Shown: positions 47,300 through 55,074 of the stretch, piece by piece
How positions within the stretch are numbered: the first letter of the stretch is position 1
Layout: every line of letters starts with the position of its first letter
Assembly: GCA_963701305.1 (NCBI GenBank)
Contig: OY969586.1
Coordinates: 1,074,690 to 1,138,689 of the forward strand
Length of the DNA stretch: 64,000 nucleotides
Origin: Candidatus Aminicenantes bacterium
Lineage (GTDB): Bacteria > Acidobacteriota > Aminicenantia > Aminicenantales > CAVYOD01
Direction of reading: 5' to 3'
Notes under the pieces: model-generated
What the model was told of the DNA's origin: nothing
The model's input: the letters and a program-made list of their open reading frames with translations, nothing else
Databases searched by the model: none
Position numbers and translations under genes: made by a program

Positions 47300-48415
47300 A
47301 TGCTTGATCAGCCCGTGTTCTCTTTAAAATTAGAAGACGTTCTGGGGAAGGCCCTGAGCCTGAGGGGCCTGACGGGTCCGGAAATCGTTTTCCTGCTGGG
47401 TCTCAAAGCAGAAGACGAGATCTGCCTCCTCTTTCAAACAGCCCAAGAGTTGAGGGAACGCTTTTTTGGCCCCAAGGTCTTCGCCTACGGATTCGTCTAC
47501 TTTTCGACCTATTGCCGCAACAATTGTCGGTTCTGTTCTTCGCGCATCTCCAATAAACAAAAATCACGATACCGGAAGACCGAATTCGAGATCAGGGAAG
47601 CGGCCTCGGGCCTGGCTGAATCGGGGGTCCACCTGATCGACCTGACCATGGGGGAAGATCCTCGTTATTACGGCCGCAGAGAAGAGTTCGAGGGCCTGGC
47701 CGAATTGGCCGCTGTCGTGAAACGCGAAACGGGCTTGCCGCTGATGATCTCTCCGGGCGCGGTCTCCGGGAAGACGCTCGGAGATTTCGCCCAAGCCGGA
47801 GTGGATTGGTACGCTTGCTACCAAGAAACGCACAACCGTCGGCTTTTCGATGAGTTGCGCCCCGGCCAGAGTTATGAGCGCCGCATGCTGAAGAAATACC
47901 GGGCCAGAGATTTGGGGATGCTGATCGAGGAGGGGATCATGGCCGGAGTCGGCGAGACCAGCCTGGATATCGCAGATTCCATCTCGGCCATGCGCGGGAT
48001 GGGCGCCCATCAGACCCGGGTCATGAGTTTCATCCCCCAGGACGGAACGCCCATGGTCGATAGACACTCTCCTCTGCGCCTCCGCGAACTTCTCATCATC
48101 GCCGTTCTTCGTCTTGCCTTTCCGGACCGGTTGATACCGGCCTCTCTGGATATCGACGGCCTGGCCTACCTGAAAGAGAGGCTCGAAGCCGGAGCCAATG
48201 TCGTCACTTCACTCATCCCACCGTCGATGGGGTTGTCCGGTGTTTCCCAGGCCAGTCTGGACATCAACGAAGGAAACAGAACGATCCAGGGAATTATCCC
48301 GGTCCTGGACGAGACCGGATTGGAGCTGGCCGACGCGGAGGACTACGGGAATTGGGTCGGAGAGGAAAGAAGGAAGCTTCGACGACAAAATCTCAACTGC
48401 GAGGCCGAGATTTGA
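47300..48415 (+). CDS. pylB: PylB, radical-SAM 3-methylornithine synthase (lysine mutase).
   Basis: CxxxCxxC radical-SAM box (YCRNNCRFC). BioB-like length of 371 aa. Position between pylS and pylC. Confidence 0.85.
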   Translation: MLDQPVFSLKLEDVLGKALSLRGLTGPEIVFLLGLKAEDEICLLFQTAQELRERFFGPKVFAYGFVYFSTYCRNNCRFCSSRISNKQKSRYRKTEFEIREAASGLAESGVHLIDLTMGEDPRYYGRREEFEGLAELAAVVKRETGLPLMISPGAVSGKTLGDFAQAGVDWYACYQETHNRRLFDELRPGQSYERRMLKKYRARDLGMLIEEGIMAGVGETSLDIADSISAMRGMGAHQTRVMSFIPQDGTPMVDRHSPLRLRELLIIAVLRLAFPDRLIPASLDIDGLAYLKERLEAGANVVTSLIPPSMGLSGVSQASLDINEGNRTIQGIIPVLDETGLELADAEDYGNWVGEERRKLRRQNLNCEAEI

Positions 48416-49578
48416 AAATCGCTGTGGTCGGGGGAAAGCTGCAGGGCACCGAGGCGACCTATCTTTCACACAAAGCGGGCTGGGAGGTCGTCCTGATCGA
48501 CAGGAGACCTACCGTGCCGGCGATGGGATTGGCCGACGAATTCCATCAAATCGACGTCGTCGACCAGGCCTCGAAGCTGCCTTCGATCCTGAAGAAAGCC
48601 GACCTTGTCATCCCGGCCGTCGAAGACGCGCTGGCGCTGCTGTCTTTAAGACTGGTGACCGAGCAAGAAAACATCCCCCTTGCCTATGACGAAGCCTCGT
48701 ATCGCGTGTCCTCATCGAAGATAAAATCCGACCGACTCTTCAAAGACCTCGACCTCGCCGCCCCTCGAGTCTGGCCTCGTTGCGACCCACCCTTTCTGGT
48801 CAAGCCATCCAGCGCGAGCGGAAGCCACGGCGTCCGCAAGATCAAAAACAGAGAGGACCTCGCTCCTTTTATTGCCGCAAGAGATACGCAGGGGGAGAGT
48901 TGGGTCGTCCAGGAATTCCTGGAGGGCCCTTCCTATTCTCTCGAAGTCTTGGGCTGTCGAAGAAAATTCGTCGACCTTCAGACGACGACAATCGAGGTGG
49001 ACACCCTCTATGATTGCAAGAGAGTCCTGGCACCGGCGGATCTTCCGCCGGTGTTGAAGGCCAATTTCGGCGACCTCGCCCGGAAGATCGCCGCCGATCT
49101 GGATCTTCGGGGGATCATGGACATCGAAGTCATCCTCCACCAGGGTCAGCTCAAGATCCTGGAGATCGATGCCCGCCTGCCGAGCCAGACCCCGACCGCA
49201 GTATATTGCTCAACGGGCATCAACATGATCGAGCTCCTCGTCGATATTTTTGCGCGGGGCTCGCTTCCCGATTCTCTCACCATCGATCAAGAAAAAGCGG
49301 TGATCTACGAGCACATCAAGGTCACGCCAGAGACGATCGAGGTCGCCGGCGAACACATCATGGCCGGGGCCGAACCTCTCAGAGTCCGGAAGGGCTTTTT
49401 TGGCGCGGACGAGGCCATCACAGATTTCAAACCGGGAAAAGCTGAGTGGGTGGCCACCTTGATCTTTGTCGGAAAAAGCCCTCAGAAGGTTCAGGCGCGG
49501 AGGGAAGCGACGATTAACGAACTCAAAAAATACTTTGGCTTAAACGTCTATAGGGACACGGTCCCCGGGAAAGATTGA
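48412..49578 (+). CDS. pylC: PylC, ATP-grasp 3-methylornithine--lysine ligase.
   Basis: The N-terminus KIAVVGGKLQGTEATYLSHKAGWEVVLIDRRP matches archaeal PylC (MKTICLIGGKLQGFEAAYLSKKAGMKVVLVDKNP). ATP-grasp core present. Probable TTG start overlapping the pylB stop (TTGA). The ORF track begins at 48352, inside pylB. Confidence 0.85.
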   Translation: MKIAVVGGKLQGTEATYLSHKAGWEVVLIDRRPTVPAMGLADEFHQIDVVDQASKLPSILKKADLVIPAVEDALALLSLRLVTEQENIPLAYDEASYRVSSSKIKSDRLFKDLDLAAPRVWPRCDPPFLVKPSSASGSHGVRKIKNREDLAPFIAARDTQGESWVVQEFLEGPSYSLEVLGCRRKFVDLQTTTIEVDTLYDCKRVLAPADLPPVLKANFGDLARKIAADLDLRGIMDIEVILHQGQLKILEIDARLPSQTPTAVYCSTGINMIELLVDIFARGSLPDSLTIDQEKAVIYEHIKVTPETIEVAGEHIMAGAEPLRVRKGFFGADEAITDFKPGKAEWVATLIFVGKSPQKVQARREATINELKKYFGLNVYRDTVPGKD

Positions 49579-49619
49579 TGCGTTCCTTCAATGATCTTAA
49601 ACGCCGGGTTGGGTAGGAA

Positions 49620-50492
49620 ATGACGCGCCTGACGACGGAATTTGTCCGTTCCATTCCAGACGATCTCCGTCTCTATGACCAGGGATTGCTCGAGAAGACC
49701 GGCCACAGCCTCCGACAGATTGCCTGCCGGGCCTCCCGAATCGAAGAATCGGAGATGGGCATGCTTCTTGGCTCAACACTCGTCGGGATCGTACCGGTGA
49801 CCTCGGGAGAAGGTAAGATCGAGGGCTTCTGTCAGGCTGTTCAGGGCATTACGAACCACCTCGGCGCCCCTTCGTTCGTGACGCGTCATCCGGACGTGGC
49901 CGGCTTGGCCGAAGCCGTCGAACGAAGAGCCGAGGTCATCTTCCTCGCCGATGATGGCAGATTCATCGCCCTGAACATGGTGTCCAGGACGGCCGTCGAC
50001 AATTCCGAAGCCACCGCCCGGGGATATCTCGCGGCCCTCGATTTCCTTGCGAAGGGGCTGAGGGGGAGGCCCGTCCTGGTCATAGGCGCAGGCCGGGTTG
50101 GGGGAGAAGCGCTTTCCGTCCTTCAAGAGTACGGAGCACGGCCGGGAGTCTATGATCCCGACGACAGGAAAACCCGGCCCCTCGAATCGGGAAGCATGAT
50201 CATCATCGAAAGAGATCTGGAGAAGGCTCTGGAAAAATATTCTCTCCTTCTCGAAGCCTCTCCGGCCTCAGCGATCATTCAGGAGAGACACATAAAGCCT
50301 GATACTATGATTGCCGCTTGCGGCATCCCGCTGGGGTTGAGCCCCGCGGCCGCGGTCCTCGTCCGGGAGCGTTTGATCCATGATCCCTTGCAGATCGGTG
50401 TGGCCGCCATGTTGACGATGGCGCTCACGAGGCGGAGGAATAAAGTGTGGGGGGTAGATCGGAAAGATCCCATAGACCCTAAATCTATGTAG
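49620..50492 (+). CDS. pylD: PylD, pyrrolysine synthase (NAD-dependent dehydrogenase).
   Basis: GIVPVTSGEGKIEGFCQAVQGITNHLGAPSFVTRHPDVAGLAEAVERRAEVIFLADDGRFIALNM is collinear with archaeal PylD (VGIVPVTSGNGIIGNFSASL...DMPDVSGYYEAVQNGAEIILMADDRTFLAHN). Rossmann GAGRVGG. A C-terminal ~20-aa extension reads into the pylT gene. Confidence 0.85.
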   Translation: MTRLTTEFVRSIPDDLRLYDQGLLEKTGHSLRQIACRASRIEESEMGMLLGSTLVGIVPVTSGEGKIEGFCQAVQGITNHLGAPSFVTRHPDVAGLAEAVERRAEVIFLADDGRFIALNMVSRTAVDNSEATARGYLAALDFLAKGLRGRPVLVIGAGRVGGEALSVLQEYGARPGVYDPDDRKTRPLESGSMIIIERDLEKALEKYSLLLEASPASAIIQERHIKPDTMIAACGIPLGLSPAAAVLVRERLIHDPLQIGVAAMLTMALTRRRNKVWGVDRKDPIDPKSM

Positions 50493-50521
50493 CCGGGTGA
50501 AACTCCCGGACTCCCCGCCAC
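50450..50521 (+). tRNA. pylT: tRNA-Pyl (pylT), anticodon CUA, with the CCA end encoded.
   Basis: Manual fold: acceptor GGGGGGT/ACTCCCC (7 bp, one G-U); one nt (A); D-stem GATC/GATC with a 5-nt loop GGAAA; one nt (C); 6-bp anticodon stem CATAGA/TCTATG; loop CCCTAAA (anticodon CTA at 50480..50482); 3-nt variable loop TAG; T-stem CCGGG/CCCGG with loop TGAAACT; discriminator G; then CCA. These are the hallmark tRNA-Pyl features (6-bp anticodon stem, short D-loop, 3-nt variable loop, single nt between acceptor and D stems). Confidence 0.78.
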
Positions 50522-50578
50522 AACGATATAGATAGCGCAGTCGGCGAAACCAAAGGTTTCGCGACCGAGGCCGAGACG

Positions 50579-50908
50579 ATGACCGAGAAGATCAAGGAAA
50601 AATACTATCGAAAGCAGACCGACTTCTTTTTGCTGCTCGACAAGATCAAGCTTTGGCCGTCCCGAAAAGGTCTTCTTCACGGTGTCAAAGTCCTCGAGAT
50701 CAAAGGATCTCTGGCTGAGGTCACCACTCATTGCGACCGGACGTTCCGAGTTCGCTACTCACGGCACAGCCGGGCCGCCCGGTGGCTGCGCAACAAATGG
50801 CACAAGGGCCCCTGCCGGGAGTGCCAGATTCCCGACTGGAAACTCGAAAAATACGAGAAGACATATTTTGACCAACATCGAGGGTCAACCCTGAGAGGCA
50901 AGGACTGA
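50579..50908 (+). CDS. pylSn: PylSn, stand-alone N-terminal tRNA-Pyl-binding domain of the split pyrrolysyl-tRNA synthetase.
   Basis: LWPSRKGLLHGVKVLEIKGSLAEVTTHCDRTFRVRYSRHSRAARWLRNKWHKGPCRECQIP aligns with the archaeal PylS N-terminus ([61 protein letters not shown]), including the zinc-ligand Cys/His positions. Confidence 0.82.
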   Translation: MTEKIKEKYYRKQTDFFLLLDKIKLWPSRKGLLHGVKVLEIKGSLAEVTTHCDRTFRVRYSRHSRAARWLRNKWHKGPCRECQIPDWKLEKYEKTYFDQHRGSTLRGKD

Positions 50909-50939
50909 TGAATCCAGAAAAAAAGGAGGTGAAAAAGAC

Positions 50940-52325
50940 ATGTCGAAAATCAGAACCAGAATGGGAGATGCGTCTGTTGTCGAGGTCACCGAGGGCCGGC
51001 TCCGGGCCGACTTAGAGGAGGGAACGAAAGATGCGGCTCAACGGGGGAAAATTCCGCCGTTGTCGCAGGATGAGCTGAACCATCTGTATGATATCTACAG
51101 CGCGCCTTCAAGAGTGGTCGGCGTGGAGCCGGGCAACGAGGTCGTCTTCACCTATGACTCCACGGTGGGCGAAATCCAGCGCACCCTTATCCCTGTGAAC
51201 AGAATCCAGTCACTGCAGATGTTCGAGCGGATGTTGGGCGCGGACACAGTCGAACTGGCTCATAATGATTACAGCTTCAAAGCCGTAAAGCCCATCATCA
51301 GCGATGAACGCACCGCCCTGGAGCAAGCCCTTTTGGTGACGACGGTGCCCGTGCTCTACGGCGCCATGCCTAACCTCGGGCTCTATAATAAGCCCGAAGG
51401 CCCAGTTCCGAATTCCTCAAAACTGATGTCCGAAGGAAAAATCAAGGAAGCCAGAGCGTCCATGGAAGAGGCCATCGAATTTGCGATCCGGGATATGGTC
51501 TATGTGGCCAGCGAACTTTACGAATCCGGCGTCGACGCGATCGATTTTGACACCACGGGCTCGGCCGGTGATCCCGATTTTTTGGCCACGCTGAAAGCCG
51601 TCGAAATCCTGAAGAAAAAGTATCCTGATATCTGCGTCGAAATGGGAATGTCCGGAGAGTTTATCCTGGGAATGCACGGCGGACTGACTTATGACGGGAC
51701 CAGGTTGGCCGGGCTCTACCCGCACCAGCAGGTGAAGCTGGCCGAGAAAGCGGGCGTCACAATCTTCGGCCCGGTCGTCAACACGAACACGAGCAAAACC
51801 TGCGCCTGGAACGCGGCCCGAGTCATCACCTTCCTGAAGACCTGTGTAGAACAATCCAACATTCCCGTGCACGCGAATATGGGGATGGGTGTGGGCGGAC
51901 TTCCTGTGACCCCCTTCGTGCCTATTGACGCGGTTTCGAGGGCATCGAAGGCCGTTGTCGAGTTGACGAGACTGGACGGGTTGTAGGTGGGCGTAGGCGA
52001 TGTTCTCGGCATGGCCGCGACTCATGCGATCGCTTCGGGCATGGGCGGGATGCGCACTGCCGGAGATCTGGTGGCGCGCATGCAAATGTCCCGGGGCCTG
52101 AGAATCCGACAAGCCAAAGAGTACGTGGCCGGCAAACTGAAAATTAGCCCCATCGATCTGGCCGATCCGTTGATCATGTCAGAAATCAGAGAGGACTTGA
52201 AGCTGGGCCTGATCAATCCTCCTCCCAACTACGCGGTTGGGATCGAGGCCAAGTTCCATGTCGCCGCGCTTTTGGGAATCGAAATCCGGAGCCTCAAACG
52301 CTTCAAGGAAAAGGCGGGCCTTTGA
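50940..52325 (+). CDS. mtbB: Dimethylamine:corrinoid methyltransferase MtbB. A single in-frame UAG is read as pyrrolysine (codon 349). The ORF track splits it at 51986.
   Basis: Both halves are collinear with archaeal MtbB: RMGDAS..., GAMPNLGLYNKPEGP, VVNTNTSKTCAWNAARVITFLK, ...[17 protein letters not shown][TAG][51 protein letters not shown] (MtbB reads ...[53 protein letters not shown]...). Both ORFs are in the same frame. RBS AAGGAGGTG. Confidence 0.85.
51984..51986 (+). other. In-frame amber (UAG) codon predicted to encode pyrrolysine in mtbB.
   Basis: A TAG in frame joins ORFs 50940..51986 and 51987..52325 exactly at the conserved Pyl position of MtbB homologs. Confidence 0.8.
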
Positions 52326-52330
52326 GAGCT

Positions 52331-52346
52331 GCTCCCCAAAGGGAGC
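52331..52346 (+). terminator. Small hairpin GCTCCC-CAAA-GGGAGC, 6 nt after the mtbB stop. Possible weak terminator with no U-tract.
   Basis: Seen directly. It lacks a T-run, so confidence is low. Confidence 0.25.
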
Positions 52347-52386
52347 TGGCTTAAAAAGACTTATTAAACGGGCAGGGGAAAAGGAT

Positions 52387-52504
52387 GGGGACGTTCCCCA
52401 AGGGGACACCCTTGGGGAACGTGAGTCTTGGATGAAATTCCGCATTGCTGTATAGTTTTGCTCGAAGGCCGAAGGGTGTCCCCGTGGGGAACGTCCCTCA
52501 GTTT
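52387..52504. repeat. MITE-like inverted-repeat element, copy B. The left arm alone forms a perfect 14-bp hairpin.
   Basis: Left GGGGACGTTCCCCAAGGGGACACCCTTGGGGAACGTGAG at 52387..52425. Right GGGTGTCCCCGTGGGGAACGTCCCTCAGTTT at 52474..52504. Related copies at 35235 and 61617. Confidence 0.55.
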
Positions 52505-52533
52505 ATTCAGATAGACCAGGAAGGAGACACAGA

Positions 52534-54921
52534 ATGAGAGTTCGCGCCCTGATATTCATGGTTATGGTTACTTTGCTTTCGATGCTCACGCCGCTCGCCG
52601 GCCAACAGCAACTCACCCGTGATGATTATGCTCGGGCGGAGCGCTTTCTCATGTGGAACATCAACAAGCTGGTCTTCAAATTGAAGGTCACTCCCCACTA
52701 CGTCGGAAAAACAGACCGATTCTGGTACAAGAACGAGACCCGCGAGGGGAAGGAATTTGTCCTCGTCGACCCGGTGCTCAACACGCGGCAGCCCGCCTTT
52801 GACCAGGCCAGGCTTGCCGCGGGTCTCTCCACGGCCTCGGGGAAGGCCTATGAACCGATGAAACTTCCTTTTGAGATATTCGAATATGCGAGAGATGGGA
52901 AAGCCATCCAGTTCGATATCGAAAAAACGCGCTGGACTTGCGATCTCGGGACCTACGCCTGCACAAAAAGCGATGCGTCCAAAGCCATAGACGAGGGAGA
53001 GAGTCTCTCCCCGGACGGCCGCTGGGCGGCTTTCGTCAAAGACCACAATCTTTATGCCAGACCCACGGCGGGCGGGGCGGAGGTCCAGCTCACGACCGAT
53101 GGTGAGGCCTATTACGATTACGGCACCGAAACCGAGCAGAGCACATCCGCCGTGACCGTCCGGCTGAGCGGCAAAAAACAGCCTCCGGTTCTTCTCTGGT
53201 CCCCCGATTCCAAGAAGATTCTCACCCACAAGCTCGACCAGAGAAAAGTCGAGCCGCTCTACCTTCTCCAATCTGCACCGCCTCAAGGCTTTGGAAGGCC
53301 CGCTCTCCACACCTATCGTTTCGCCATGGTCGGTGATAAGAACCTTCCGCTCGCGGAGATGGTCATCATCGATGTCGAGCAGAAAAAACTATCGCCCTTT
53401 AAGGGCAAGCCGTTCGTGCTAAACTTCATGTCACCCGTCACGATGCAGCAGGTTTGGTGGGGCGAGGACAGCCGGAACGTTTATGCCATCGAGGAAGAGC
53501 GCGCCTATAAGGCGGTCCGTCTCTGGTCCGCCGATGCGGTCTCGGGAGAGACCCGACTCCTCGTCGAGGAAAAGGGCTCGACCTTCGTCGATCTCAACCT
53601 CATGGAATTCCGGCCGAATGTCCGGATCCTGGGAATCGGGTCAGAGATCATCTGGTTCTCCGAGCGCGACGGCTGGGCCCATCTCTATCTTTATGACGGC
53701 AAAACCGGGGCCCTCAAGAACCAGATCACCAGGGGGCCATGGGTTGTCCGCGACATCCTTCTCGTCGACGAAACAAATCGGTGGGTTTACTTTACAGGGG
53801 GCGGCCGGGAAAAGGGCCGTGATCCGTATTTTCAGCATCTTTACAGGGTGAAGCTGGATGGCTCCATGACTCAGCTATTGACCCCAGAAGACGCCGAACA
53901 CTCGCTCTCAACCATGCCGACGAATCCGGGCTCTCTGGAAATGCAGAGCACATTTTCACCATCGGGTCGCTATTTTGTGGATTCCTACTCCCGCCTCGAC
54001 ATGGCTCCTGTATCAGTGGTCCGGGACTCGGAGGGCCGGCTCGTCCGGGATCTCGAAAAGGGGGATGTCGATCTTCTGCTCGCCACCGGATGGAAATGGC
54101 CGGAGAGATTTTCGGTCAAGGCAAGGGACGGAGTCACGGATCTCTACGGCACCATCTATAAACCCACGAACTTTGACCCTGCGAAGAAATATCCGGTCAT
54201 TGACGGAATCTATCCCGGCCCTCAGGTCATCCGGACTCCGAAAGCCTTCGGCTCCGACCTCTTCTCTATCTACGAGCTCAGCGAGGACGTTTCTCTGGGG
54301 GAGCTGGGGTTTATCGTGGTCAACATCGATGGGCTGGGCACTCCCCTTCGCTCGAAAGCGTTTCATGATTTCTGCTATGGAAAGATGGAAGACGCCGGAG
54401 GGCTTGAAGACCACATCACCGGACTCAGGCAGCTGGCGGCTTCCAGGCCGTATATGGACCTCAGCCGGGTCGGTATTTACGGCCACTCGGGCGGAGGGTT
54501 CGCCTCGACGCATGCCATTCTGGCCTACCCTGACTTCTATAAGGTGGCCGTCTCCTCGGCCGGGAACCATGACCAAAGAGGATACCTGGCCGGCTGGGGC
54601 GAAAAATACCAGGGATTGCTCGAAGGGGACAATTACAAAGCCCAAGCAAACTTGGGCCTGGCCGCCAACCTCAAGGGAAAACTGCTTTTGGCCCACGGCG
54701 ACATGGACGACAACGTCCATCCCTCGCTGACCATGCAGGTCGTCGACGCTCTTATCAAAGCCAACAAGGACTTCGACCTTCTCATCTTGCCCAACCGGAA
54801 CCATGGCTTTTCTGTGGATCCTTACTTCACCCGGCGCAAGTGGGATTATTTTGTCCGGCACCTTTTGGGTGCCGAGCCTCCCCAGGGCTATGAGATCAAA
54901 ATGGGCAAATTGAATTTTTGA
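52534..54921 (+). CDS. S9-family serine peptidase (dipeptidyl aminopeptidase / acylaminoacyl-peptidase-like; beta-propeller plus alpha/beta hydrolase), secreted.
   Basis: Signal peptide. Nucleophile elbow GHSGGGF. C-terminal Asp/His region (AHGDMDDNVH, NRNHGF). Confidence 0.75.
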   Translation: MRVRALIFMVMVTLLSMLTPLAGQQQLTRDDYARAERFLMWNINKLVFKLKVTPHYVGKTDRFWYKNETREGKEFVLVDPVLNTRQPAFDQARLAAGLSTASGKAYEPMKLPFEIFEYARDGKAIQFDIEKTRWTCDLGTYACTKSDASKAIDEGESLSPDGRWAAFVKDHNLYARPTAGGAEVQLTTDGEAYYDYGTETEQSTSAVTVRLSGKKQPPVLLWSPDSKKILTHKLDQRKVEPLYLLQSAPPQGFGRPALHTYRFAMVGDKNLPLAEMVIIDVEQKKLSPFKGKPFVLNFMSPVTMQQVWWGEDSRNVYAIEEERAYKAVRLWSADAVSGETRLLVEEKGSTFVDLNLMEFRPNVRILGIGSEIIWFSERDGWAHLYLYDGKTGALKNQITRGPWVVRDILLVDETNRWVYFTGGGREKGRDPYFQHLYRVKLDGSMTQLLTPEDAEHSLSTMPTNPGSLEMQSTFSPSGRYFVDSYSRLDMAPVSVVRDSEGRLVRDLEKGDVDLLLATGWKWPERFSVKARDGVTDLYGTIYKPTNFDPAKKYPVIDGIYPGPQVIRTPKAFGSDLFSIYELSEDVSLGELGFIVVNIDGLGTPLRSKAFHDFCYGKMEDAGGLEDHITGLRQLAASRPYMDLSRVGIYGHSGGGFASTHAILAYPDFYKVAVSSAGNHDQRGYLAGWGEKYQGLLEGDNYKAQANLGLAANLKGKLLLAHGDMDDNVHPSLTMQVVDALIKANKDFDLLILPNRNHGFSVDPYFTRRKWDYFVRHLLGAEPPQGYEIKMGKLNF

Positions 54922-54927
54922 CCAAAT

Positions 54928-55035
54928 GGTGAGTCGTGGGCACTGAGCAGTGAGAAGAAAGGGAGCGGGAACAAGAGGACAGCGATCCGGCTTGAATTCT
55001 TTGCTCCTCACCCCTGACCCCTTACCCCTCACTGT
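54928..55035. repeat. REP-like element pair (GGTGAGTCGTGGGCACTGAGCAGTGAGAAG ... CTCCTCACCCCTGACCCCTTACCCCTCACTG) downstream of the S9 peptidase gene.
   Basis: Shares the CACTGAGC..GTGAG and CCCCTTACCCC cores with the other copies. Confidence 0.45.
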
Positions 55036-55074
55036 CCCTGTGCGAGAGACGATACCTTGAGAAGGAGGATGCTG

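Noticed and set aside
46568-48415. The corrinoid-protein ORF and pylB are in the same reading frame and separated only by a TAG plus 4 codons, so UAG read-through would fuse a B12-binding domain to the radical-SAM PylB.
   Set aside because: Same-frame adjacency has a 1-in-3 chance. The corrinoid protein ends at its canonical C-terminus and pylB has its own start. This is best treated as coincidence unless proteomics shows a fusion.
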